DNA of 64,000 nucleotides, taken from Phoronis australis. Lineage: Eukaryota; Animalia; Phoronida. Both the position numbers and the translations under genes were made by a program. Below the pieces are notes generated by a model that was not told where the DNA came from, ran no database searches, and saw nothing but the letters and a program-made list of their open reading frames with translations. How positions within the stretch are numbered: position 1 is the first letter of the stretch; each line of letters begins with the position of its first letter. Location of the stretch: contig NMRA01000016.1 of assembly GCA_002633005.1 (NCBI GenBank), positions 347,396 through 411,395 on the forward strand. Reading direction: 5' to 3'. Positions 52,144-64,000 of the stretch are shown here, in pieces.

Positions 52144-55100
52144 ATGGCTTCGGAGTCCAAGAAGGAACCCAAAAGTCGGGGTCAAAGCATTGTAAGTGTA
52201 ATGCATGTTAGTTGTCTCTAATTTTCTTGTTATGTCAATTCGTCTTGTGTGTTCGACATTGATCACAGCCACAGACAGTGCAGCAGTGCCCTGACAAGTG
52301 ATACCTAATTACTTGATTGCCACTGGCGTGCAAACATGGAAACACGTGGAAATGTGTCTTCTCTCTAGAATGAACACTGGGCTCCAACAGCATCCCTGGT
52401 TCTCAAAACTGAAAAATAAATCAACTCATTAAACCTGAACATGTCCTGACTGCACCCATCACATGTTTGTCAGTATCAACAAATGTTTACCTGGATTAGT
52501 CTCATTGACTGTAGTGTCAGCTGCAAAGTGATTACTCATTGAACTTCATTTAATTTGGAATTAAAAGTACTTGTTAAGAATTGAACTTGGATATTTGCAC
52601 CAAATCTGGTTTAAAACATTTATGAACACGACTTTCGTGATAACAAGAAACTTTTTATTTAGATTTACCGTTATGAAAGCCTTTTCAAATTGTTTCTTAG
52701 TTGAATTGGAAGTGATTCCAGGGCTTTGTCAGTTTGTTTTTGCTTGCAAGTTGGCTTTTCACAGCGTGTCATTTTAGGCGTGTCATTTTATGCATCGAGC
52801 ATTGTGTAAAAAATAAGTAGCTCACTGCCACTTCACAGATCCGGAAATCACTTCTCTGAGTAAGGACCAAGTTGAGACCAATTTTCTAGCGGTAATTGGT
52901 CAAGTGAAGGAAGGAATGGTGCTTTAAAGCACCGTTGATTTAAGTAATTCTCAATGTTCTGTTGTGCGTGAACTTGGAATACATGAGGAAACTTAAAAAG
53001 TTCACTTAAATAAATCACGTTGATAACAATTTGCACTGCACTTAATCAAATAACATGTTAATGAAATAATGTAAATTTTAACCAATCTTTTTTCAACTAT
53101 TGACGATCTGGTTCACCAATCAATAATATTGATTTAACCATTTACATATATTCCTGCGATTCTTTGATACAAGTTACGCTAAACGAGAAAATGGGTGATC
53201 ATGAGGCCAATAATTAAAAAAAATTTTTACACCTAACAAAAAAGTTCACCTGATTGCCAAAATGAATATTCAATTCCAAGTTCACGCATACGCTGTCTTT
53301 TGATTACGCAGAATTCCAAGTTCATGCCCAGCAGTACCACAGATTCACAGCTACCAGTAAACACAACTTAGTGACCATGCTATGTTTTTTTTTCAGTTTT
53401 GATGGTCACCTAGAATTTATTTTATTTTGCTTTGTTAATAAAAGAAATCGTTGTCCACATATAAAAGTCACCACTGTCGGAGTGTAACCACTCTGTGATG
53501 TCATAGTTTTGCAAATCTTTTAAAAGTGTTTAAAACATTTTCAAACATTAAACATCACAGCACATTAAAGCCAACACTTTGTCATGTTTACTGGTTAAGC
53601 ATGTATGTGTAAAACACAACTGCAGTGTTTTAAACTACGAAAAACTACCCCTCTATCCTCTTAACCGGACACAGCCACTTCACTGGGCATATGAATAGCC
53701 CAGTGTGTCCTGACCTACGTTGAAACCCCTGTACACCTACTGAGTCTTGCCCAGCTTTTTATAAACCACTGGGTGGTATCGTTGCATGCCCACATCCATG
53801 GCAAAAATTGGAAAGTCTGTCCATTTAATTAAAAGATAAGGGCAGACTTGATAGCAAACTTCTTTCTCGGAGAAACCGTTGATCAATATCTGGGCTCTCG
53901 TGAGTATTAGCTGAGGTGTTGTGTGCAACGGGCCCAACCATGAGGCCTGCACACGTCTGATGCACTGTGACAGACGTCAGACCACTCATTACTTGTTTTT
54001 TTTTTGAATGAAAAACTTGCAACATAATCTCTGTAGTAATAGGATGAATTAAAATATGGTAGTACTAGTCCACAGATTTATTGCGTGTGATAAATGTAGA
54101 CAAATTCAATAAGCCGGCAGGTGGTTGATGTCTGTCAAGCCTTCTTCAGTGTAGGTTGTTCATTGGTTGTTGTTTTATTGTAATCTGAAGCTTGACCTCT
54201 ATCCTCAAATGGCTTCACATCTTGTTGCTGGTCATGGCATTTGTGTGACCTGCTGCAGTGTGAAAGTTGTTTGAGGTCGAGTGTTGGTCCCAAGAACACT
54301 GCATTGCTTGTGAATAAGTATAGTTTAGGACTTTGGATACCTTGTTTTGACAACTGTGCTTTATGTTAACTTTGATCTATATGGCAACTTAGCCAGTTTT
54401 GGTTTTAAGCACAGACCTTACAGTGCTTCATTATGTATTCATGATCATTTTATAATAACAATAACATTAGTAGTAACAAGAGTAATAGTAAAAACTACGA
54501 TTTTATTAGCTGTTAAGCTAAGTGCTTAGCATTGGCCTGTAGATAAAACTGCCCCGGCATGGAAATGTACCCTTGACAGTTTGGAGCCTGTCGCCTGATG
54601 GTTTTCCCTGCTTTCAGGCCCAACATGTATGATACTTTCCCGGGGGGGGGGGGGGTTTAGGGCTCATTTTGTACAAGTGACATTGCCAGATGAAAATTCT
54701 ATACTTCGCCGCTTCATGAGAAAGTGGGTTACCTTCACTATATTTTTATCCTTATTCTGACTCTTAGTCACTGACCGACTTTATTATGCTGATTGGCACC
54801 TCAGACTGTGAGGTCACTTGCTGCCTGAGTGATCATGTGACCATGCCTGTCAGTCATCAGTCAGCCTGGTTGTGCCCTGTGTCTGTTACCAACCAACACT
54901 GACTCTGATGATGGCATGCATGCTAGTGGAACACCCTGTTGGGACTCTCACCTCCCATCAGTTATTAACTTCATGGGAATTTCGAGCCATGACCTCTGAT
55001 ATGGGTGTAACAGTTTTTGCTGAAGGTTTAAGGCTAGACAAGTAGCGGAGTATTGTAAAGGCCTTGTCGCACCAATGTAGTTTTTAGTGGGCCTATGATA

Positions 55101-58100
55101 TCGTAAGTGGGAACAATCGAAATGGAACCGTCTAAGCATTGAATAATCTTTGTAAGAAACCGACCGTTGTTTTTGGCAAAAATTGCCCATTTCTATGTCT
55201 CCGCTTGCCATGAAGATGTTCAGATCATGATGGGCTCTCAGACACTCAGAGGTCAAGTTTGAAACTGTAGAACCCAAATGCTTTTGGTGGGTTTCAAAGA
55301 AATTAATAGATGATTTTCTTCATCGGTATGTTGTTTGTGAGGTGTTGAACATTGTTACCATGGCAACAAGTGGTCAAATGGGTATTGCTCAGTCTGGGTC
55401 AGTGAAATATGGTCTAATGCGAATAATGTTTGTGTGGGTTGCTATGGCGCATAATTTGCTAGCTGGTATTCTGCTTGTTCTCTTCCTTAAAATATCAACA
55501 TGATCCAAAAATAAACCCATAACCAGAAGCTTATATAAGGTTGGGTACAAAATGAAACATTAGGACTAGGCAGATAAAACCTAAAATACTGAGCTTTTAA
55601 GTTAACATAAGTGTTTTTGTACATTGCTATACATATTAACACATTTTAGTTACATCGGGTATATTCCTGGACTGCGCCTTTGTACCATAAGCGCATAAAA
55701 GAATAAAAAGGCACAAGTGCATTACACCAGTTTGCCAACATCCCATCTTTTAAAAGGCAACACTCCTCAGCTGGACAGTCTGAAGTCTTTGTCGGATTGC
55801 CTTTTTGTATGGAATTTTAAAATAAAAATGCAACTTTTACATGAACATGACTGTTCTCATTTCGTTTGTTCTTGGGGTTTCTGTTTCTTATGTTACCTCT
55901 TTAATTACACTAAGTCTGCTGGGCACAACTTTTTGAAAAAGGCACACTTTTTATCGTCAGGTGCACCCGAAAGGTAAGTAATTCCTGTTCATGTGGCTAA
56001 TGTGTCTGTTGGTATTCAAAAAACTATAATAGCCTAGATCGCCAAACCCTGCAAAATTGGGCTCAACAGTTTTCTTAGAGTGATAGGATATGATAACTTT
56101 ATTTTCGTTGTCACAAACTTAAAACCGGAGCAATGTAAATGTGTGTGATGATGCTGCCTGTGCTTTCACATGAGCGTTCGTGTGGGCGATCATTTTCGTG
56201 CCACATGTACGCCTGACTTCTTTCATTCTTTACCCATTTAGTTCAGGGATTGCGGATTTACATGTTTTTGCATCATACAAAACTGCGACATTATGTAAGT
56301 CTTCATGCTAGTTTTCCATGGGCAGAATGGAAGGTCTTATACGAGGTTGAAGCACACAAGATGAAGATTTTGTCTCAATTCCCTAAGTGAGTTGAGCCAT
56401 ACCGTACTTCTGGGGAGCTTTCATGAACACGTCACCTTTTCATAGTTTTGTAACTGCCACATCTCTGTTTTGTAGCGACTGATTTTGAAAACGTGGCCCC
56501 TTCTGAAATGCATGGGTGAATTCTTGGCCTGCTGTCTCATTACATAACCCAGTAAGCCTGAAAGGGCAGTAGTCACTTGCAGGAGTACCAGATTTAGAGA
56601 ACCAGTTTGATGCTTGTTATTCAGTGAAGAAAACTGGTTCTCAAAATGAAGGGTCATTTAAGTGACTATTACCTCAGAAACAGTTTTTGCTGAAGTTGTA
56701 AAAATTACTACATATTTTGCAAAACTTTAAAAGTATAGTTAAAATTAAAAACCCACCCATAGATTTTTGTGGGTGGAAAAAGAAACTTTGTAGAGTTTCG
56801 AGCATCCCAAGTGAACTCTTTTGAATGGAATTCAACCAGAAAATGTACTCTCTCATTTTGTCTGAAATGGCACCCTTTCATGGAAAAGTGGCCCATCTCA
56901 GCAGCAGGCCTTTATCCAGGATTTTGAAAATAGGGTGCTCAAAATGGGGTTCCCAATATTCCAGGGCGTCCATGATTCCGACGCGTAACCCCCCACCCCC
57001 AGCAATATCTCACACAGATTTTTTTTACAAAAAATGCATAGATCAAGGTTTTTACATCTAAGTTTATAAAACAGCCTTCTATGATGAGCATTTTTACTGA
57101 AAAAACTGTGTAGACCAAGACTTTTACAATGCTGTCAATCAAGTGTCAAAATAGCAATAATGCATATACTTTGTATATACAACATTGTATATTTCTTCCT
57201 GCTTTGAAAAAAGAGCCCCCACTGTGAGCCTTCAGAGGCTTCCTAGTATTCATTACAATGTGTGAGTCCAAACTTGAAAGGTTCCTGTTGACAGTGGGCG
57301 TCCAAATGATACATTGGGCGTCTTTGCCAGGGCGTCCAGATTAGTGTTAGGACATCCGCTGCATAAAGGCCTGCTCAGCAGCATGTCCCTTCACCCCTCC
57401 TGTGGGAGTACCCACTACCCTCGGATATATTTCGGTAAATTCTTTCCAATTTAGGATACAATATGAAGACAATTGTTATTTTTTGTTTTCATGTCATAGG
57501 TAGTAACTCCACCACATACTTTGTAATTTTCAAGCTCTTTGTTGAAGGTACACAATAACTTGAACAGTTGTAGGCTTTCACTTACTGTACTTGTCCGCGT
57601 TACCGCCCATACTCGGCGTACCGCCCAGCCTCGAAATTTTTCCTTTTTAAGCGCCTATGCTCGGCTTACCGCCCTCTTTTTTTAGATCCCCAATTTAAGC
57701 GCCCTGGGCGGGAAGTGAGTAAGCTGGACTAGTGCCGAAATTCTTTTTCATGAACAAGAATCTCTTACACATTACCAGACCAGCTTCAAAATATGAAATT
57801 TTTATCAAAAACAAATGAGTTTTGAGACTAAGCCAAAGTTAACTTTCATTGCACTGTTCTTCACAAAAGAAACTTCTAACTTGTTGTGCGATGGTTTTCA
57901 AAGTGGGTGCTATTTACTTGATATGTTGGTGCGTAAATTCAAACTCGTGACTTTGACAAGTTAAAACAGTTCCATAGATACAAGAACTTCTAGAAAACAC
58001 AAGGTCACGCAATTCTTCAAGAGCCCGCCTTATGTTATAAGCAAATGATATGAACATTCTACCCAAGTTTCTTACATCTGAGGAACTCAGCCCTAAGGTT

Positions 58101-61100
58101 GTGAAGAACACTAGATAGAGATTTACCTGTCCCATTTTGTTATTCAGAGAGGAGTTGTTTGTTATTTATTGCATCTTTTTGTTGTACTTGTTATGCTGGT
58201 GGAATTTTTCTATCTGTTCTCCACCTTGTTTACCCAGCCTGACCTTGTGTCATTGCTCTGGTCTGAAGTTGTCTTGATTGGGCGGGTGATGGCTAAGGTC
58301 AGGGAGTGAGTGACTCATTGTGGTGTGTATTGCAGTGCAATTCACAATCTTATTGTAATGACAATTTACAGGTGCATTAAAAGGTAGGGCACCTGAAGTT
58401 TGTGAAAGCAAAACCCCATTCCACCAGATATTTATTGTAAGGAACTGTCTCTGGTGCCTGTGCTAGACTGTGATGTCCACATTCCAACAAGCCCTTCCCT
58501 GGACGTGTGGTATATGGTGTGATTTTGAAAGACCTGAACTTAGTAATCTCAATGGTTGTCCAACAGGGGCTGTGTACTCTCATGACACTAATTGGCCAAG
58601 ATAAACTGGTGACAATTAACTGGATAATGCAAGTTTGATGTTAGACAAATGCTGAGGTGAGTGTGGCAGGCGGTTAGCTGGCTGCACCACTTTTGTCTTG
58701 GCACTACCTTGCTTTTCTAAAGACAGGTATTTGAAATGGTACGAGATCATGGTAACCAACTTTTGTTCACATGGATAATTTTCATGATGTCAATGTTGAC
58801 TAAGTTATTCAAAATGCTGTCTTCTGGGCTTGGAAATTTCCTTCTTTAAGAGGATTTCCTCCTTTTTTGTTTCGGTTTCCTCTTATATGATTTCCAGTTT
58901 TTTTCTTTTTTCGGCTTTTTCATCGTTATTTTAACTTCATTCAGGCAAAAACGTTTATTTCAGTTAAATTTTACAACACAAAAATATCTATCACACAAGC
59001 CTATTTATTTGTGGAATTACACATCGCCTGGAAGTTTTTCATCTTTTTTCATTGATTATTCCAAGCCCTGCTTGTCACTGAATGCAATAAAGTGAATAAA
59101 ATGTCAACATACTTTACTCATTCAAGAAAATGTGCAAGTTTTGCAGAGCCATTGCACTTAAGNNNNNNNNNNNNNNNNNNNNNNNNNNNNNNNNNNNNNN
59201 NNNNNNNNNNNNNNNNNNNNNNNNNNTTTAGTTCAGGGATTGCGGATTTACATGTTTTTGCATCATACAAAACTGCGACATTATGTAAGTCTTCATGCTA
59301 GTTTTCCATGGGCAGAATGGAAGGTCTTATACGAGGTTGAAGCACACAAGATGAAGATTTTGTCTCAATTCCCTAAGTGAGTTGAGCCATACCGTACTTC
59401 TGGGGAGCTTTCATGAACACGTCACCTTTTCATAGTTTTGTAACTGCCACATCTCTGTTTTGTAGCAATTGATTTTGAAAACGTGGCCTCTTCTGAAATG
59501 TTTGGGAATTCTTGGCCTGCTGTCTCATTACATAACTCAGTAAGCCTGAATGGGCAGTAGTCACTTGCAGGAGTACCAGATGTAGAGAACCAGTTTGATG
59601 CTTGTTATTCAGTGACGAAAACTGGTTCTCAAAATGAAGGGCCATTTAAGTGACTATTACCTCAGAAACAGTTTTTACTGAAGTTGTAAAAATTACTACA
59701 TATTTTGCAAAGTTTTAAAAGTATAGTTAAAATTAAAAAACCCACCCATAGATTTTTGTGGGTGGAAAAAGAAACTTTGTAGAGTTTCGAGCATCCCAAG
59801 TGAGCTGTTTCGTATGGAATTCAACCAGAAAACGTACTCTCTCTTTTTGTCTGAAATGGCACCCTTTCGTGGAAAAGTGGCCCATTTCAGCAGCATGTCC
59901 CTACACCCCTCCTGTGGGAGTACCCACTTCCCTTGGATACATTTCGGTAAATTCTTTCCAATTTAGGATACAATATGAAGACAATTGTTATTTTTTGTTT
60001 TCATGTCTTAAATAGTAGCTCCACCCCATAGTTGTAGGCTTTCACTTACCGTACTTGTCCGCGTTACCGCCCATGCTCGACGTACTGCCCAGCCCCGAAA
60101 ATTTTCCTTTTTAAGCACCTATGCTCGGCTTACCGCCCTCTAGATTCCCAATTTAAGCGCCCTGGGCGGGAAGTGAGTAACCTGGACTGGTGCGGAAATT
60201 CTTTTTCATGAACAAGAATCTCTTATACATTACCAGACCAGCTTCGAAATATGAAATTTTTATCACAAATAAATCATTTTTGAGACCAAGCCAAATTAGC
60301 TTTCATTGCAGTTTTCTTCACAAACGAAAATTCTAACTTGTTGTGAGATGGTTTTCAAAGTGGGTGCTATTTACTTGATATGTTGGTGCGTAAATTCAAA
60401 CTCGTGACTTTGACAAGTTAAAACAGTTCCATAGATACATGAACCTCTAGAAAACACAAGGTCACACAATTTTTCAAGAGATATCGCCTTATGTTATAAG
60501 CAAATGATATGAACATTCTACCCAAGTTTCTTACATCTGAGGAACTCAGCCCTAAGGTTGTGAAGAACACTAGATAGAGATTTACCTGCCCCTTTTTGTT
60601 ATTCAGAGAGGAGTTGCTTGTTATTTATTGCATCTTTTTGTTGTACTTGTTATGCTAGTTGAATTTTTCTATATGTTATCCACCTTGTTTACCCAGCCTG
60701 ACCTTGTGTCATTGCTCTGGTCTGAAGTTGTCTTGATTGGGCGGGTGATGGCTAAGGTCAGGGAGTGAGTGACTCATTGTGGTCTGTATTGCAGTGCAAT
60801 TCACAATCTTATTGTAATGACAATTTACAGGTGCATTAAAAGGTAGGGCACCTGAAGTTTGTGAAAGCAAAACCCCATTCCACAAGATATTTATTGTAAG
60901 GAACTGTCTCTGGTGCCTGTGCTAGACTGTGATGTCCACATTCCTACAAGCCCTTCCCTGGACTTGATATATGCTGTGATTTTGAAAGACCTGAACGTAG
61001 TAATCTTAATGGTTGTCCAACAGGGGCTGTGTACTCTCATGACACTAATTGGCCAAGATAAACTGGTGACAATTAACTGGATAATGCAAGTTTGATGTTT

Positions 61101-62292
61101 GACAAATGCTGAGGTGAGTGTGGCAGGCGGTTAGCTAGCTGCACCACTTTTGTCTTGGCACTACCTTGCTTTTCTAAAGACAGGTATTCGAAATGGTACG
61201 AGATCATGGTAACCAACTTTCGTTCACATGGATAATTTTCATGATGTCAGTGTTGACTAAGTTATTCAAAATGCTGTCTTCTGGGCTTGGAAATTTCCTT
61301 CTTTAAGAGGATTTCCTCCTTTTTTGTTTCGGTTTCCTCTTATATAATTTCCAGTTTTTTCTTTTTTCGGCTTTTTCATCGTTATTTTAACTTCATTCAG
61401 GCAAAAACGTTTATTTCAGTTAAATTTTACAACACGAGAATATCTATCACACAAGCCTATTTATTTGTGGAATTACACATCGCCTGGAAGTTTTTCGTCT
61501 TTTTTCATTGATTATTCCAAGCCCTGCTTGTCACTGAATGCAATAAAGTGAATAAAATGTCAACATACTTTACTCATTCAAGAAAATGTGCAAGTTTTGC
61601 AGAGCCATTGCACTTAAGGGCCACTGCAGATGGATAGCTAAGCTCAGCTGTCTGCCTCAGGTGAACTGTAGCTCAGCACATGTCCCAGCACACAGGAGGC
61701 AAAATTCTCCCTGACCTGTAAACTACGTTCATAGTAATCAGCGTAAACGTAGGACAAAGTTTAGTGGCCGAGCGAGAGATTTGTTGTTGTCAGGTAGAGC
61801 AATAATTAATTTTCAATGGCCAGTCGTATTAATCCGCTTAGTACCTAGCACACCTCACCCGCATGTTATGAGGATTGATGGATCCTCGAGTAAAATTAAT
61901 CCAGCATGTGAGACGTGTATTTCACCGACTCACGGAGCAATATCCTCGCAGTTCATTTTGCCGTAAATGTGAACAACTATGAGTTGAGCTCATTTGCATT
62001 TTAAGGCGTGTAATTGTGCGTCCACACTGGTCGTAACACGCTGAATCTTTTTTTCCAACAAGTATGATGTCCGGCGACACATGTCGACCGTAATCTCATT
62101 CCAGTTGTCTTGTCTTTATAGCTGACAAAGTTCAACACTTTCCGCAAGGACAAGACCAAAGAGAAACGCAGTAGCCAGCATGGCAACCAGCGGCCCAACC
62201 TCGGCGACATGGCAGAGGAGGGAAGCGTTGATAAGCTGGACTTCACCAGCATGCCGGAGGATGAGGTTATGGAGAAGTTTGAAGAAATGCTG
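52144..62292 (+). CDS. DIAPH: Diaphanous-related formin, N-terminal exons 52144-52191 and 62122-62292 (start of the Rho GTPase-binding domain); gene continues beyond the window
   Basis: MASESKKEPKSRGQSI|gtaagt joins in phase 0 to ttatag|LTKFNTFRKDKTKEKRSSQHGNQRPNLGDMAEEGSVDKLDFTSMPEDEVMEKFEEML|gtgag. This resembles the DIAPH N-terminus (..RFTS.R.KKEKEK...SDEQV...FEQML.DMNL). Adjacency to TDRD3 is supportive. The first exon is less certain than the second. Confidence 0.78.
56237..61618. repeat. Near-identical duplication (56237-59162 and 59227-61618) flanking the N gap at 59163-59226
   Basis: Both copies start TTTAGTTCAGGGATTGCGG and end GCCATTGCACTTAAG; they differ by SNPs, a ~55-bp indel and a 469-bp transposon. 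Confidence 0.9.
56905..57373 (+). mobile_element. Non-autonomous hAT element, 469 bp, with 8-bp target duplication CTCAGCAG
   Basis: CTCAGCAG|CAGGCCTTTAT...ATAAAGGCCTG|CTCAGCAG; subterminal GGGCGTCC repeats; empty site at 59886-59893 in the other copy. Confidence 0.88.
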
Positions 62293-64000
62293 GTGAGTGA
62301 AATGAGCCGGACGTGTGGCAATAGCCATGTTCCTAAAATACCGCAGCACCCACTATGCACCTGTCGAACAAAGTTTTAAGAAATTGCAGGCATTCGCAAT
62401 TATGTTGGAAACGTTTGAGAAATGAAAAGTGGTCGATTTTAGCAATTTTTTTGTCTGAACTTGGTGAGAGTTCACCGTAGTTATTGTTGCAGAGTGAGTT
62501 ACAAAGGTGACACCAAAAATTGATAACTTGGGTGGGTTGCTATATATCATTCTTTTGTTGTCCATCTCTACTCGAAAAATGTTTAGCATCTCATCTTTTC
62601 GAGAACGGCAGAAGAGGAGAGTTGAATTCCAGACGAGACTGTTGTTGGATACGGAGTTTATAGCAAAACAGGCTGCTTATCAAATTAGGCGGTGAAATGC
62701 CTCTCGTTGACAATGAGTAGTTTTGAAAAATGATCGGAAAATTTCTTCTTTTTGCCTAGTTTTATCGATTTTATGATGAAAACCCTGTTGGATTACACAA
62801 AATCGTTTTTCTATAGATACCTAGAACAGAGCATAACGTTTACATCACTGGTTCCTCAGTGGAGACATAATGGCATGTCATCCTCTAATAATTTCATGGT
62901 AGTCATGTTTCATTCATTCAGCTCATAAAACAATTATCAAGCCTACTCAAGACATAGCACCTGAGTAGGTTAATTTGATATTTATGATCTGTTACTGATG
63001 TTGCTTGATATACTACTAATTCCCACAGGCGGTGGGTGATGACTTGAGAGGAATGCGTTTTCATAACATCAGATGATAGGTTACGGCTGGTCATGGCAGA
63101 TTTTTAGCACAGTTTTTGCATGCTAGTGTTTCGTGTTGGCTATGACAACATGAACAACTCTGTTGATCATTCTTTAAGTTCGCAGGTTTTTGAAAAGCTC
63201 TCTCATTAGTTGTAGAGATTCCAGTTTTCCATTTTTATATTAGTGTAAAATTCCATTCTTTTGCGTTTCACATGATATCAAATTTCATTTTAAATGCAAC
63301 GTAAAAATGATCTCAGAATCGCCTTAATTTTTTCTGCTGAGTCATTCCACTGCTCTGTTTTGCCGATAATCTTCTGCAAGCTGTATTTAGCTGAAAACCG
63401 TAAAAGAACAGCACCACTTTCGGAAAGAATGAACACGTTCTTGAACATGTTTGATGTGAAATGACCGTTTATCAGGTTGTGGCCAGAATATGTCAGTTTT
63501 GATGGTTTTATATTCTTAAATTTTCAATTAAAAACAAAAAATGTTTAGCATTATATTATCTGATGATGAAATATTGAAATTCTGTTTTTGAAATCTGTAA
63601 TTGTATGAAAGAAGTCAAATTGTGCGTTAACATTATTATTCATGACCAAATGACTAAAGTGTCGTTATCAAGATCTGAGGTTTAGTAATTACAGTGGCTA
63701 GACGCAAAAATATAAAACTGACACTAGGAGGTACTGGGTTGGGTACAGTTATCCATGAATTGGCGGAGTGCGTCAACTCCATGGTACTAACACGTGCACT
63801 AGGTGTCATCTAGACTTTCCACATGTTGGATGAAATCTCTAGTGATGAACATTTGTCATCAACCGTGTGTCACATGTGATTCCCAGCTCTGAATGGTGGG
63901 TCTGACAAAATATCTGCCAAAAGTTCCAAGAACCAGAAGGAACTGTGGACTATTGTAGTGCATTAGTCATCAGCAAACCTCTTACTGTCACCCCAGAATA

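Noticed and set aside
55200-58660. Additional DIAPH exons at GT donors near 55325, 55973 and 58655
   Set aside because: Preceding frames are closed, unrecognisable, or phase-incompatible with the 62122 exon.

Overview
This is AT-rich, intron-containing genomic DNA from an invertebrate animal; the species cannot be determined from the sequence, and no prokaryotic features or CRISPR arrays are present. Manual splice-site and phase tracing supports four genes arranged as two head-to-head pairs. TMEM144 (minus strand, 5' part only) diverges from a complete 16-exon CRAMP1/cramped-like gene (plus, 7765-23513, ~1001 aa). A complete 14-exon TDRD3 (minus, 51521-30604, ~847 aa) diverges from the first exons of a Diaphanous-type formin (plus, from 52144), with start codons only 622 bp apart. 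Introns and intergenic DNA are packed with short non-autonomous DNA elements (MITEs), fold-back elements and microsatellites. Two near-identical tandem duplications abut assembly Ns and look like uncollapsed haplotypes; one reveals a polymorphic hAT insertion. I found no convincing novel multi-gene system. The best leads are the TDRD3-DIAPH bidirectional pair, a fold-back element with hammerhead-like cores, a head-to-head tRNA-like palindrome, and CAG-terminated MITEs with 5/6-bp target duplications.
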